NCBI GenBank assembly: GCA_963850605.1
Contig: CAWKLX010000002.1
Coordinates: 396,966 to 460,965, forward strand
Source: an uncultured Alphaproteobacteria bacterium
Lineage (GTDB): Bacteria > Pseudomonadota > Alphaproteobacteria > Acetobacterales > Acetobacteraceae
DNA length: 64,000 nucleotides
Direction: 5' to 3'
Under the pieces are notes generated by a model that was not told the origin of the DNA, did not search any database, and saw only the letters and a list, made by a program, of their open reading frames with translations. Below, in pieces: positions 27,296 to 37,417 of this stretch. Positions within the stretch are counted from its first letter, which is position 1. Each line of letters begins with the position of its first letter. Made by a program: the position numbers and the translations under genes.

Positions 27296-28024
27296 CTACA
27301 TAGGCAGCGCCGCGCCGTGGCGCAGAATAGCATCCGCGGCGTCGGTATAGCCCCCGCCATGCTCGTGCAGCACCAGCCCAGGCAGCACCCGTGCCGGACC
27401 CGCGCCGCCCCGCAAGCCGCGCAGAAGGACCAGCCGGGCGGGTTGCCCGGCGTGAGGCCATAGCGGCAGCAGCGTTGTCTCGGCGCAGCCGGCCGAGAGC
27501 AGCGCCGCCAATCCGCGCGCCGTGCTGCCTGCATCCAGGATCAGGGTGAGGGAGCCGCGGTGGCGCAGCGCGCCCGCCAGCGCCGCGCACCAGGCGTGCA
27601 GCAGGTCCGGTCCGGCCATCTTGGCAGCCGCCCGCCCGGGGCTAGGCGGATGCGTTCCGGTCCTGTCGTGCCAGGGGGGGTTGGCGAACGCGTGGTCGAT
27701 CTTGTCCACCGGCCGCCACAAGGCGACATCGGCTGCAAGGACCTCGGCGGCGTAGCCATTGGCGGCAAGATTGGTGCGCGCCACGCTCGCCAGGACGGGG
27801 TCGCGCTCGACACCGATCATGCTGAGGCCGGATACGCGCGCGGCCAATGCCAGCAGGCCGGCGCCGGCGCCGGTGCCTGCTTCCGCCACAAGCTGGCCCG
27901 GCCTCGCCGGCACACTGGCGGCCAGCAGCACAGGCTCGATTCCGGTGCGGTAGCCCTGTGCCGGCTGGCTGTAGTGCACGCGCCCCCCGAGCAGTGTCCC
28001 GCAGGTCAGGGCCGTCTCCGTCAA
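27296..28024 (-). CDS. SAM-dependent N6-adenine methyltransferase (tRNA1(Val) m6A37 / YfiC-like)
   Basis: SAM motif VAEAGTGAGAGLLALA and the catalytic NPPW motif (FANPPWHD). Confidence 0.75.
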   Translation of the reverse strand: MTETALTCGTLLGGRVHYSQPAQGYRTGIEPVLLAASVPARPGQLVAEAGTGAGAGLLALAARVSGLSMIGVERDPVLASVARTNLAANGYAAEVLAADVALWRPVDKIDHAFANPPWHDRTGTHPPSPGRAAAKMAGPDLLHAWCAALAGALRHRGSLTLILDAGSTARGLAALLSAGCAETTLLPLWPHAGQPARLVLLRGLRGGAGPARVLPGLVLHEHGGGYTDAADAILRHGAALPM

Positions 28025-28230
28025 GGATGTTCGCCCGCCTCGCGCAGCACCCGTATCGCATGCACGCGATCGGTTGCGGCCACCGCTAGCCGGCGCGGAA
28101 TGGCGCCGATGCTGCCCTCGACCGCGCTCACCGCCCCGTCCAGCACCACGGCCTCGATCCCGGCATCGCGTAGCAGGCTGGTCAGAAAGCTGAGCCGAAC
28201 AAGGTCGTTGGTGGCGAGCAGCACATGCAT
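28021..28230 (-). CDS. DUF2007-like small protein
   Basis: ATG at 28230 gives MHVLLATNDLVRLSFLTSLLRDAGIEAVVLDGAVSAVEGSIGAIPRRLAV. There is a 4-nt overlap with the downstream methyltransferase. Confidence 0.6.
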   Translation of the reverse strand: MHVLLATNDLVRLSFLTSLLRDAGIEAVVLDGAVSAVEGSIGAIPRRLAVAATDRVHAIRVLREAGEHP

Positions 28231-28501
28231 GCGGGGGTCCTGGTCGAGCGGCTTGCCGTTGCCATGGATGCGGCGCGCCGCCAAGCGCCGGTGGGCGGAG
28301 ACGGTGCGCTTCCTTGACCCCCCTTCTTGCGGGCCGATATGGTGGTATGCGGCCGGCGCCGTGCCGGGGGTGCCATGCGCCCAGGCCGACCCCGCTTCCG
28401 CCGTGGACCGGGCCTCTGGATCACCGGGAGAGTCGTTTTTGGTCCGAGCTGCCAGCGTGCCGATTGCCGAGCAGCGACCCTTGCCGGTGGTGGCGGATCA
28501 C

Positions 28502-29500
28502 ATGGCGGACGAGGACGCGCTGCACGTTCTGGCCGCCCTGGTGCGCACGGATTTGCTCGCCTGCAACCGGGTAATCGTGGCCCACATGCAAAGCCAGGTG
28601 GAGCTCATCCCGCAGCTCGCCGCCCATCTCGTGGCAGCCGGCGGCAAGCGGTTGCGGCCGATTCTTACCCTCGCCTGCGCGCGCCTGTGCGGCTATCCGG
28701 GCCCGGCTGGCGGCGACCGTCACGTGCACCTGGCCGCCTGCGTGGAGTTCATCCATACCGCCACCCTGCTGCACGACGACGTGGTCGATGAAAGCCGGCT
28801 GCGGCGCGGGCTGGCCACCGCCAACGCCATCTTCGGCAACAAAGCGAGCGTGTTGGTCGGCGATTTCCTGTTTTCCCGAAGTTTCCAGCTGATGACGGCG
28901 GATGGCAGCCTGCCGGTGCTTCGCATTCTTTCCAACGCAGCCGCGACCATTGCCGAGGGCGAGGTGCTGCAGTTGGTCACGCAGAACGACCTGTCGACCA
29001 AGGATGAGCGGTATCTCGACGTGATCCAGGGCAAGACGGCCGCGCTGTTTGCAGCGGCCTGCCAGATCGGCGCCGTGGTCGCCGACCGCGGCGAGGCGGA
29101 GGAGAGCGCCCTATCCGAATACGGCCTGGCTATCGGCACCGCTTTCCAGCTGGTCGATGACGCGCTGGATTATGCGGCCGACCAGGCCGAGCTGGGCAAG
29201 ACGGTGGGCGATGATTTCCGCGAAGGAAAGATTACCGGCCCGGTGCTCGCCGCCTACAAGGCCGGCACCGAGGAGGATCGCGCGTTCTGGCGCCGGACCA
29301 TCGAGGAGAGCGAGCAGACGGACGCCGATCTGGACCACGCGCTGCGCCTGATGGCGGCGACGGGGGCGATAGAGGCCACCTTGCAGCGCGCGGTTGGTTT
29401 CGCGCAGCGGGCGAAGGCGGCGCTGTCCGTGTTCCCGGACGGACCGGTTAAACAATGCTTGGCCGATGTGGCCGACTACACGGTGCGGCGCGGCCGTTGA
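28502..29500 (+). CDS. ispB: Polyprenyl (octaprenyl) diphosphate synthase
   Basis: GGKRLRPILTLA and both DDxxD motifs (LLHDDVVDES, QLVDDALDY) are present. The start is ATG 28502 or GTG 28457. The rest of track ORF 27560-29500 is antisense shadow. Confidence 0.85.
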   Translation: MADEDALHVLAALVRTDLLACNRVIVAHMQSQVELIPQLAAHLVAAGGKRLRPILTLACARLCGYPGPAGGDRHVHLAACVEFIHTATLLHDDVVDESRLRRGLATANAIFGNKASVLVGDFLFSRSFQLMTADGSLPVLRILSNAAATIAEGEVLQLVTQNDLSTKDERYLDVIQGKTAALFAAACQIGAVVADRGEAEESALSEYGLAIGTAFQLVDDALDYAADQAELGKTVGDDFREGKITGPVLAAYKAGTEEDRAFWRRTIEESEQTDADLDHALRLMAATGAIEATLQRAVGFAQRAKAALSVFPDGPVKQCLADVADYTVRRGR

Positions 29501-29544
29501 CGGAGCGGGCCAGCCGCCTGGCTGACCCGCTCCGTGGTGTCAGG

Positions 29545-30024
29545 TCAGGTTAGCCGGACGGCTGCGGCCGTTGCACATCCGCTGCCCGTCGGCGTGCCGC
29601 TCGGGTCGTAGAACTGAATTGTCGCGGTACTCGAGAAACTGTCGCCGGACAGTGTAATGTCCTGGTGTATCTGTTGCGATCCGGCCCCGATCGGGTGCGC
29701 GCCGGTTCCGGCGAACAAGATCAGCGCCGTCACGTCGAGATGGTATTTCGCGCCGCCCGTGTGCGTCCAGACACCGAAGCCCGGGCTGCGCTGGCCCGGC
29801 TGAAGCGCCGGATTATTGGTCGTTTCGGATTCGATGCCGTCTCCGGCAAAGGCAAGGAGTGAGGTGAAGGACGGCGCAAGCGGGGCGCCGGACGCGCAAT
29901 CGACCAGGGTAACGGCCACGTTCCACGCGCCGCCAAGCCCATGCGGTGCTGCGGCCGCAGGCGATGAAGCGGTCGATACCAGGCCGATGGTCGCCAATGT
30001 CATCATCAGAAGAACTCGTGTCAT
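29545..30024 (-). CDS. Secreted hypothetical protein
   Basis: ATG at 30024 gives MTRVLLMMTLATIGLVSTASSPAAAAP (signal peptide). Confidence 0.5.
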   Translation of the reverse strand: MTRVLLMMTLATIGLVSTASSPAAAAPHGLGGAWNVAVTLVDCASGAPLAPSFTSLLAFAGDGIESETTNNPALQPGQRSPGFGVWTHTGGAKYHLDVTALILFAGTGAHPIGAGSQQIHQDITLSGDSFSSTATIQFYDPSGTPTGSGCATAAAVRLT

Positions 30025-30138
30025 TGCAATCTCTCCGTGCGAGCGGCCGCCCGATGCGGCCCGGCTCTGCAGCGGTTTGTGCGGCGGCGTGACACGACGC
30101 TCCATGGAGGCGGACTGAAGACCGGCTGAAGACCTTCG

Positions 30139-31860
30139 TCAGTCCGGTCGGTGCGTCGCGGCGAAAAAGCCGCAGCGCGTCAGGACCGCACCGAAACGCG
30201 GGTCGGCGCGAAAATCCCGCCATTTCGGGTCCAGCGGCAGGAAGGCCAGGTTGACGTCGCGCGCATCCACCGCCTGATTCAGGGCGAGAAACGCCTGATC
30301 CGCTTCGTTCAAACCGGCATGGATGAGGGCGCGGCCGTAAGGCGGCACGAAGCGGCTGCACGCCGCTTGGTCCAGCATGCCCAACTCTGCCCTTGCCTCC
30401 TCCGTCCTGCCCATGCGTGCGAGCACGTAGCCGCGCAGCGCGGCAGGCTTGCTGCTGTCGCCGCAGGTGATCGAAGCCGCCGCCAGTGCGGCCAGGGCCT
30501 GCTCCGGGTCGCCGAGCTGTTCGGCCGCCTGGGCCAATTGCCAGTGGCCGATCCAGAACCGGCCATCCAGACCGATCGCCGCGCGGGCAAAGTCGGCAGC
30601 AGCCTCGAACCGCCCCGCCTGGAACGCCACCATCGACGAGAGCGCATGGTGCATCGGGAACAGCGGATCCAGCTCCACGCTCCGGCGCATCGCCGCCTCG
30701 GCCGGTGCGTGCAGGCCCAGATGCGAGGCGGCGATCCCGATCATGCGGTAGGCGAAAGCGTAGTTGGGATCGAGCGTGGCCGCCCGACGAAAATCGGCCA
30801 AGGCAGCCGGCCAGTCCCAATCGAGCCAGAATCGCACGAAACCCATCGACGCTACGGCCTCGGCCAGTTCCGGCCCGGCGGCCACCGCCCGCTCGGCGGC
30901 CATGCGCGCCTGCCGCCAGATCGAGGCGGCCGGCACGTCGCTGTTGATCGGGCTTGCGCTGTGCGTATCGGCCAGGCCCGACCAGGCTAGGGCATAGCCG
31001 GGGTCGAGCGTGGTGGCACGCTCGAAATAGCCGACGGCCTCCTGTGTGGCGCGCGACTGATTGGCGTTCCAGCAGTGCCGGCCGCGCAAATACAAATCGT
31101 AGGCGGCCTCGCTGCCGGTATGGCGTGGCGACCGGTGCCGGGGGGCGAGTTGGAAATGCTGCCTGACCTGCCCTGCCACCGCCTGGCTCACCTCCTGCTG
31201 GAAGGCGAGCAGGCGGCCTGCCTGACCGTCGAAGGCGGCCGACCAGATCTGCTGCTGGCCGGCGGCTTCGATCAGCCGTGTTGTCACCCGCAACCACGTG
31301 CCTTCCGCCCGCACCGCGCTTTCCAGCAGATGCGTGGCGCCAAGACGCCGCCCGACCTCCTCAGGGGCCGGCATGTCGCGGCCCAGCGCCACGACCGAGC
31401 GGCGGCCGATCACCCGCAGCCGGTCCGGCGCCACCTGGCCCAGCGCTGCCATTGTCTCTTCGGCGAACCCGTCCGCCACGTAATCGAGTGCGGGCGATCC
31501 GGTCAGGTTGTCGAACGGCAGCACCGCGATGGTTGCGGGGACGTCCGGCGTCCGCAGCTCGGCGATGAACCGGTAGCCGCGGCCCTGCACCGTTTCCACG
31601 TGGCGCGGGCTGGACGGGCTGTCGTCAAGCGCGCGGCGGATTTTGCCGATGGCCGTGTTGATGCCCATGTCGGCATCGATGCCGGCCGCCCCGCCCCAGA
31701 TGCGCTGCGCCAGCTCATGCCGCATTACCAGCTCGCCCGGCCGAGCCGCCAGCAGGCACAGCAGTTCGGTCGGCCGCCGCTCCAGCGCCACGGGCCGCCC
31801 GTCGCGCGTCAGTTCGCAGCCGTCTAGGTCGAGCTGGAAGGGACCGAACACGACGCGCAT
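30139..31860 (-). CDS. Winged-helix (OmpR/PhoB-type DNA-binding) transcriptional regulator with C-terminal TPR repeats
   Basis: The N-terminus is FGPFQLDLDGCELTRDGRPVALERRPTELLCLLAARPGELVMRHEL...VETVQGRGYRF. The C-terminal half has TPR-like AxxYLxxG repeats. Confidence 0.8.
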   Translation of the reverse strand: MRVVFGPFQLDLDGCELTRDGRPVALERRPTELLCLLAARPGELVMRHELAQRIWGGAAGIDADMGINTAIGKIRRALDDSPSSPRHVETVQGRGYRFIAELRTPDVPATIAVLPFDNLTGSPALDYVADGFAEETMAALGQVAPDRLRVIGRRSVVALGRDMPAPEEVGRRLGATHLLESAVRAEGTWLRVTTRLIEAAGQQQIWSAAFDGQAGRLLAFQQEVSQAVAGQVRQHFQLAPRHRSPRHTGSEAAYDLYLRGRHCWNANQSRATQEAVGYFERATTLDPGYALAWSGLADTHSASPINSDVPAASIWRQARMAAERAVAAGPELAEAVASMGFVRFWLDWDWPAALADFRRAATLDPNYAFAYRMIGIAASHLGLHAPAEAAMRRSVELDPLFPMHHALSSMVAFQAGRFEAAADFARAAIGLDGRFWIGHWQLAQAAEQLGDPEQALAALAAASITCGDSSKPAALRGYVLARMGRTEEARAELGMLDQAACSRFVPPYGRALIHAGLNEADQAFLALNQAVDARDVNLAFLPLDPKWRDFRADPRFGAVLTRCGFFAATHRPD

Positions 31861-31905
31861 GGCAGCGAGACTAGCCCGGGAAGGCTTGCACGTTACCGTC
31901 CGGGG

Positions 31906-32550
31906 TCACGGTTTCGGCGCGCGCGCCAGCACATTCAGAAAGCGCGCTGCCTTGCCGGCAGCGTCGCGCGCCTCGTCGGTGCCGGCCGTGACGAACTGGG
32001 TGGTGGGGCTGACGCGCTTCAGCTCGTTGAGGGGGACGCCCACCTCATCGTCGGCCAGCGACTGGGCGGTCAATTGAAAGAATTGCCAGCCATGACCTTC
32101 GGGTTGGGCGAGCAGCGTGACGCTGTCGGATTTTTCGTCATTCTTGTGGGTGACAAGCGCCACTTCCATCGCCGGTTCGGGAGCGCGCGCGCCGTCCGGC
32201 ATCAGCCCCACCTGCCTGGCCAACTGCTCGACTGCCTCGATGCGCTGCACGCGGTAATTTTCGACGGCGCCGACCGCCTTGTCGAAGGCGGCGCGCTGGG
32301 CGCGGCTGGCCGGCGTCGGGGCATAAAGGTCCTGGCTGGCGTGCAGGACGTAATGTACGTCGATGCGCCAGGCGCCTTCGCGTCCGCCCTCGGCCGGACG
32401 CATGCTGGTGACGCCGACCTGGCCGACATGGACGTAGGCGGGCTGGCTTTGCGCCAGGTAGGCGGCGATGTCCGCATCGCTCGGTTTAGGGCCGGATTTG
32501 CTGCAGGCCGTGGCCATCAGCAGCAGCGTAAACGTCGAAATAACCCGCAT
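31906..32550 (-). CDS. Lipoprotein, function unknown
   Basis: ATG at 32550 gives MRVISTFTLLLMATAC (lipobox). Confidence 0.55.
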   Translation of the reverse strand: MRVISTFTLLLMATACSKSGPKPSDADIAAYLAQSQPAYVHVGQVGVTSMRPAEGGREGAWRIDVHYVLHASQDLYAPTPASRAQRAAFDKAVGAVENYRVQRIEAVEQLARQVGLMPDGARAPEPAMEVALVTHKNDEKSDSVTLLAQPEGHGWQFFQLTAQSLADDEVGVPLNELKRVSPTTQFVTAGTDEARDAAGKAARFLNVLARAPKP

Positions 32551-32608
32551 CACTCGTCTGCAGCCTCGATCCAATGGTGTTCGCCGGCCGTCACCCGGAG
32601 GAACGGCG

Positions 32609-34105
32609 CTATGCACGACGGGCAGTAGCCCCGGTCAAGGGGGCGCGTGGCGTAGCGGCGATCTCGCGATAGAATGCCTGCTTGCGGTCCTCCTGCTCCG
32701 GCGTGCGGAAGCGTCGGACCAGGTGGTGGATATGCGGCCCCCCGCGTGGACCGCCGACCGCCGAGGCGTCCAGCGGCGGCAGGCCGGCCTGCACCCCGCG
32801 CAAAGTCTCGTGCACCGCCCCGCCATAGGCGATGCTGCCGTCGCGCGCGTTCCGGAACAGTCGGGTCTGGCGATCGGGATAGATCAGCATGGTGCCTTGC
32901 AGATCGGCGCCGGGAAAATTGTAGCGCGGCAGTGCGTAGGCGTCGTGCGTGCCGGACGCGATCAGCTCCAGTATCGGGCCGGCATCTTCGGGCGCCAGTG
33001 CCTCGTCGGCGTCCAGCATCAGCACCCAGTCCACACTGTCCGGCACCGATGCCAGCGCGGCGTTGCGCATGGCCGAGAAGTCGTCGCGGAACAGAGCGTG
33101 GTCGCGCTGGCCGAGCGCGAACGGCACGCCGCACGCGGACAGGAAGTTTTCGGCCAGCGCATAGGTGCCGTCGGTCGATCCCGTGTCGAGCACGGCGAAG
33201 AAGCTGGCCACGGGCAGGGCGCTTCGCAGCATGTGCTCGATGCATACCGCCTCGTTGCGCACGATCGCGGCCACCGCCAGGCTCGGGTACGCCGCGCGGT
33301 CCGGCGGCGCAGGCAGGACCGCTGGTGGATCGTACGTGACCGGCAGCAACCAGCCCCCGAAATGGTGCAGGTGCAGGCCGCGCCAGTGCTGCACCGGCTC
33401 GCCGGCATGCGCGGCCGCCAATGACCGGCTGACCGACACCGCGTCGAATGCTTCATCGGCCCGTCCCACCACGACAAGGCAGTGCGGGGCCAGTGTCCGG
33501 CGAAGCGCATCCACCCAGGCGGGCGTAGCGGGCGGCCCCAGCAGATACAGAGCGTCAATGGGACGTTCGAACTTCTCCAAGAATTCGGCGATCGCGTCCA
33601 GGTCGCCGTCCATGCGGAACACGGACGTGCGATCGTCCAACGCGCCGGCAAGCGGAACAGCGGGCGGGAAACCCGGGGCGATCTGCAGCACTGCGGCGTG
33701 CGGACTGCCGAGCGGCAGCAGATCGTCCAGCGCCAGTTCGGACGGCTGGCCCACCGCCATCGCAAAACTCGGGAGCCGGCGGGACGCGTCCCATGCTGAG
33801 AAGAACGTCTTGAAGCCGGCGCGCATAGCGGTGTCGAGATTTGGCGGTGTTGGCTGCTGCGGCATCGCGAGGGCGGCTCGGCCCAGCAGGGCGAGTGCCA
33901 GGCTGCCCGAGGCGGGGTCACGTCCGGGCGGCGCCCGCCCGGTGACGCTGGTGAAATATGCCTCGAACTCGTCGGAGTTGAAAATGGCGCGACGCCCGCG
34001 TTCCACACCCGGGTAATATCGCCTGAACAGCGCGATGGTGCCGGCATCTTCAGGATCGCGGCCCAGGAGCGCGCGATACAGCTCGATCACCTCCTGGTCG
34101 GTCAC
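32609..34105 (-). CDS. Glycosyltransferase family 2 domain protein with a long N-terminal extension
   Basis: The C-terminal GT2 core is AAIVRNEAVCIEHML...LDTGSTDGT...MLDADEAL (DxD). Confidence 0.7.
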   Translation of the reverse strand: MTDQEVIELYRALLGRDPEDAGTIALFRRYYPGVERGRRAIFNSDEFEAYFTSVTGRAPPGRDPASGSLALALLGRAALAMPQQPTPPNLDTAMRAGFKTFFSAWDASRRLPSFAMAVGQPSELALDDLLPLGSPHAAVLQIAPGFPPAVPLAGALDDRTSVFRMDGDLDAIAEFLEKFERPIDALYLLGPPATPAWVDALRRTLAPHCLVVVGRADEAFDAVSVSRSLAAAHAGEPVQHWRGLHLHHFGGWLLPVTYDPPAVLPAPPDRAAYPSLAVAAIVRNEAVCIEHMLRSALPVASFFAVLDTGSTDGTYALAENFLSACGVPFALGQRDHALFRDDFSAMRNAALASVPDSVDWVLMLDADEALAPEDAGPILELIASGTHDAYALPRYNFPGADLQGTMLIYPDRQTRLFRNARDGSIAYGGAVHETLRGVQAGLPPLDASAVGGPRGGPHIHHLVRRFRTPEQEDRKQAFYREIAATPRAPLTGATARRA

Positions 34106-34119
34106 AGGGCGCGCCTCCG

Positions 34120-34767
34120 CTACCGGCGGAGCGTAGGATCGGGCGGGGTTGCTGGCAAAATGCAGGCGGCCTGGGCCAGGGTGTGCGGCGTGAGAGGGGC
34201 TAGCCTGGGCAGCGTGCCCAGGATAGCGACTTGGCCGAGCCGCGCGATGGCCGCCGCGTTGTCCTCCGGCGCGGGACCGACCAGCACCACTCCCCAGACC
34301 GGGATGTTGCGGGCCCGCAGAGCTTCGAGCGAGAGCAGCGTGTGGTTGATGGTGCCCAGCGTGCTGCGGGCAACCAGCAGCACCGGCAAGCCGAGGCGCC
34401 GCATGAGGTCGGCCATCGACGCGCCGCCGCCGAGCGGCACCAGCACGCCGCCCGCACCCTCGACCACCAACGGTCCATTGCCAGCCGGTAGGCTGAAATC
34501 ATTGAGTGCGACAAGAATGCCTTCGCGCGCCCCAGCCGCCTCCGGCGATAGCGGGGCCGCAAAATTGTGCCGCGGTCGATGGAGGCGGCTCGGGGCCGCA
34601 CCCGACAGGCGCGCCGCCGTGTCCGTATCGGGTTCGTCCTGCGCAACACCCGTCTGAACCGGCTTCCAGTAGCGGGCGTCCCAGCGTTGCACGAGCGCGG
34701 CCGAGACGACCGTCTTGCCGATCCCGGTATCGGTGCCGGTTACGAATACGCCGCTTGGACGGGTCAC
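34120..34767 (-). CDS. bioD: Dethiobiotin synthase
   Basis: P-loop VFVTGTDTGIGKT and KPVQTG. The GTG at 34767 overlaps the bioF stop as GTGA. Confidence 0.85.
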   Translation of the reverse strand: MTRPSGVFVTGTDTGIGKTVVSAALVQRWDARYWKPVQTGVAQDEPDTDTAARLSGAAPSRLHRPRHNFAAPLSPEAAGAREGILVALNDFSLPAGNGPLVVEGAGGVLVPLGGGASMADLMRRLGLPVLLVARSTLGTINHTLLSLEALRARNIPVWGVVLVGPAPEDNAAAIARLGQVAILGTLPRLAPLTPHTLAQAACILPATPPDPTLRR

Positions 34768-35918
34768 GCTGCCCTGGCGCGAGCCGGCCACGCCGCCTGG
34801 AGCGCGTCGATCAGCCGGTCGATATCGGCGTCCGTATGGGCCGCCGACAGGGCCAGCCGCAGCCGGCTGGTGCCGGGTGGCACGGTAGGCGGCCGAATGG
34901 CCACCGCCAGGATACCGCGCGCGCGCAGCCGGGCGGACAGGTCGAGTGCCGCCAGCTCCGATCCGACGATGGCCGGCACGATCTGCGTCGTTGAAGGGCC
35001 GTGATCAATGCCCAGCGTGCATAGGGCGGCGCGCACCCGGCCGGCATGCGCGTGCAGACGGGCACGCTCCGCCTCCATCCCCGGCGCCAGCTCCAGCGCC
35101 GCATCCACCGCGCCCAGCACCGGCGGGGGCAGGGCGGTGGTGTGGATGAAGCCGGAGGCGCGGTTCACCAGCCAGTCGCAGAGTGCCCGGCTACCCGCCA
35201 CATAGGCGCCGAAGCCGCCCAGTGCCTTGCTAAAGGTTCCCATGGCGAGGTCCACGCCGCCCGGGACCGAGCTGGAAAGCCCCATGCCGCGCAGCCCCAG
35301 CACGCCGGTCGCATGCGCCTCGTCCAGATACAGAAACGCATCGTGCCGGTCGGCTAGTGCACGGAGTGCGAAAACGTCGGCCTGGTCGCCGTCCATCGAA
35401 AACACGCTTTCGGTGACGATGAACCGGCGCCCTGGACGTTTTGCATGTTCTTCCAGCAAATCGGCCAGATGCGCCATGTCGTTGTGCCGGAACTTGATCC
35501 GCGTCACTCCGGCCGCGTGGCAGCCATGGTTCAGGCTGGCATGGTTCAGCGCATCGCAGAACGCATACGAAGGCGGCCCCGGCAGGCGTAGTAGAGAGGC
35601 CAGTACGGAAGCATTGGCCTGCCAGCCCGACGCGAACAGCAGTGCCGCCTCCGTCCCCTTCAGCGCCGCAATTTTTTGTTCGACGCGTGTGTGCAGCTCC
35701 AGCGTGCCGGCCACCAAACGGGAGGCGCCCGCGCCGGTGCCGTGCGAAAAACCCCAGTCCGCAGCGCGATGCTTGAGGAGCGGATGGGTGGAGAGACCGA
35801 GGTAGTCGTTGCTGGACACGTTCAGCAGGCCGGCAGGCACGGACCGGGCCGTGCGTAATAGCCCCCGGCTGGACAGCTCGCCGAGCGCGTCGGCGAAAAC
35901 GGCGTCGAAGCGTGACAT
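34764..35918 (-). CDS. bioF: 8-amino-7-oxononanoate synthase
   Basis: SNDYLGL, DEAHATG and the PLP-lysine context FSKALGGFGAY. ATG at 35918. Confidence 0.85.
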   Translation of the reverse strand: MSRFDAVFADALGELSSRGLLRTARSVPAGLLNVSSNDYLGLSTHPLLKHRAADWGFSHGTGAGASRLVAGTLELHTRVEQKIAALKGTEAALLFASGWQANASVLASLLRLPGPPSYAFCDALNHASLNHGCHAAGVTRIKFRHNDMAHLADLLEEHAKRPGRRFIVTESVFSMDGDQADVFALRALADRHDAFLYLDEAHATGVLGLRGMGLSSSVPGGVDLAMGTFSKALGGFGAYVAGSRALCDWLVNRASGFIHTTALPPPVLGAVDAALELAPGMEAERARLHAHAGRVRAALCTLGIDHGPSTTQIVPAIVGSELAALDLSARLRARGILAVAIRPPTVPPGTSRLRLALSAAHTDADIDRLIDALQAAWPARARAA

Positions 35919-35965
35919 GCGCCCCCACTCGATCAGGGGTGCACACATGTCAAGGCAGCTCGGCG

Positions 35966-37417
35966 TCAGGCCAGCAGATGGTGCAGTCCTGCCTCGATCG
36001 CCCCCAACCAGCCCGGCTCGTGGTGCGCCAAGGTGGCCAGCCCGGCGGCTGGCGGGTCGCCCACGATGAAGCCGCCGTAGAAACCGGAGCCGGAGGACGC
36101 GCCGGTGACGCTCAGCGCGAAATCCAGCGTCAGCGTCCCCGACCCGGCGAGCGCGCCGAGGTCGAACGCCATGTCGCTGAACGCCGCCCTGGCCTGTGCC
36201 GCAGTGTCGCCGTTGAAGGAGAGCGCCGCCTGTGGTGTGCCATTGACGCTCACGGTCAGGCTGACCGAGGTCACACCGTTGCCGGCCACCGTGCCGTGCT
36301 CCAGCCCCACGATCAGGTCCCCGCCGGACGGCACCTTCGTCTGGTCGATGCTGAGCACAAAGCTGCTGGTGCTGGTCTGGGTATCGGCGCCGCCCGTCGC
36401 ATGGCCACCGCCGATTTCACCCACCGCGTAGAAGACGGGTTTCGCGCCGAAAGCCGCCTTGATTGCCGCGTTGGCGCCCAGCACGTCCTTGACCGCGCTT
36501 GAGCTCGAGGCGGGTGCCAGGTCCGCATTGGCCAACGCCTGCGCCGTGGTGATGAACGCGAACGCGGTATTGCCATACTGCAGGTCGGCGTCAGCGATCG
36601 CCGAATTCGAAACGGTGGCACTGCCGCTGGTGCTGGCCGCCGCGATCGCATTGCCCGGATGTCCGAGCGCCGAGGTGCTGGCTTGGGCAACAGCCGAGCC
36701 TGCCGGACCGTGACCTGTGGCCGTGGCCGAGGCGCTGCCGCCCTTGGCGATGCCGGCGCCGGCTTGCGCCACCGCGTATGGGTTGGCGCTGGCCCCGGTG
36801 GCATCGGCGGCGGCGCTGGCGTTAGACCCGGTCGCCCCCTGTGTGGCGCCGCCAATGGCCTGCACCTGGCTGGCCACCGTTCCCGCGCCGGTGATCGTGC
36901 CTGAGGCCGTGGCCGCCCCCGGCGCGCCGCTGCCGCCCGCGCTGCCAGGGCCGTTGCCGCCGGCGGCCGACACCGTTGCGGTAATGTTGGCGCTCTGCGT
37001 CGGGTTGGCGGTCAGGTCGTCGAAGGTCAGGCTGGATGTGGCCGACCCGCCATTGCCGCCCGCGCCCGTGTCGCTGGTGCCGCCGGTTCCGCCATCGGCG
37101 TTCTGCGCCAGAAAGAGACGGCCGTCATTCGTCAGGCCGCTGACGGCGTCGGTGATCGTGATCGAAGCGCCGTTGCCACCCTTTGCCCCGCCCTGGCCGG
37201 AGCCGCCGTTGCCGCCGGTGGCCACCACCCCTGCCTGGGCGAACACGTTGCCGGCCGCGCTCGCGTGGGCGGAGGCCGTCGTCCCGGCTCCGCCTGATTG
37301 CCCAGCACCTTGCGCCTGGCCGCCGCCGCCGCCGGTGGAACTGGCGAACGCGATGGCCTGGCCGTTGGCTGCCGTGTCGGTCGCCTGCGCCGTGGCACTC
37401 GACCCGCCCCCGGCCAC
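35966..37417 (-). CDS. C-terminal segment of glycine-rich (GGxGG / PGRS-like) repetitive protein
   Basis: Repeats such as GGGGGQAQGAGQSGGAGTTA and ATGGNGGSGQGGAKGGNGA are followed by a non-repetitive tail of about 200 aa. This frame is open up to a TGA near 37500. Confidence 0.65.
   Translation of the reverse strand: MAGGGSSATAQATDTAANGQAIAFASSTGGGGGQAQGAGQSGGAGTTASAHASAAGNVFAQAGVVATGGNGGSGQGGAKGGNGASITITDAVSGLTNDGRLFLAQNADGGTGGTSDTGAGGNGGSATSSLTFDDLTANPTQSANITATVSAAGGNGPGSAGGSGAPGAATASGTITGAGTVASQVQAIGGATQGATGSNASAAADATGASANPYAVAQAGAGIAKGGSASATATGHGPAGSAVAQASTSALGHPGNAIAAASTSGSATVSNSAIADADLQYGNTAFAFITTAQALANADLAPASSSSAVKDVLGANAAIKAAFGAKPVFYAVGEIGGGHATGGADTQTSTSSFVLSIDQTKVPSGGDLIVGLEHGTVAGNGVTSVSLTVSVNGTPQAALSFNGDTAAQARAAFSDMAFDLGALAGSGTLTLDFALSVTGASSGSGFYGGFIVGDPPAAGLATLAHHEPGWLGAIEAGLHHLLA

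Noticed and set aside
27560-28456. 5' part of ORF 27560-29500 upstream of ispB
   Set aside because: This part is antisense to the NPPW methyltransferase and DUF2007 genes. The IspB homology starts around 28457-28502.
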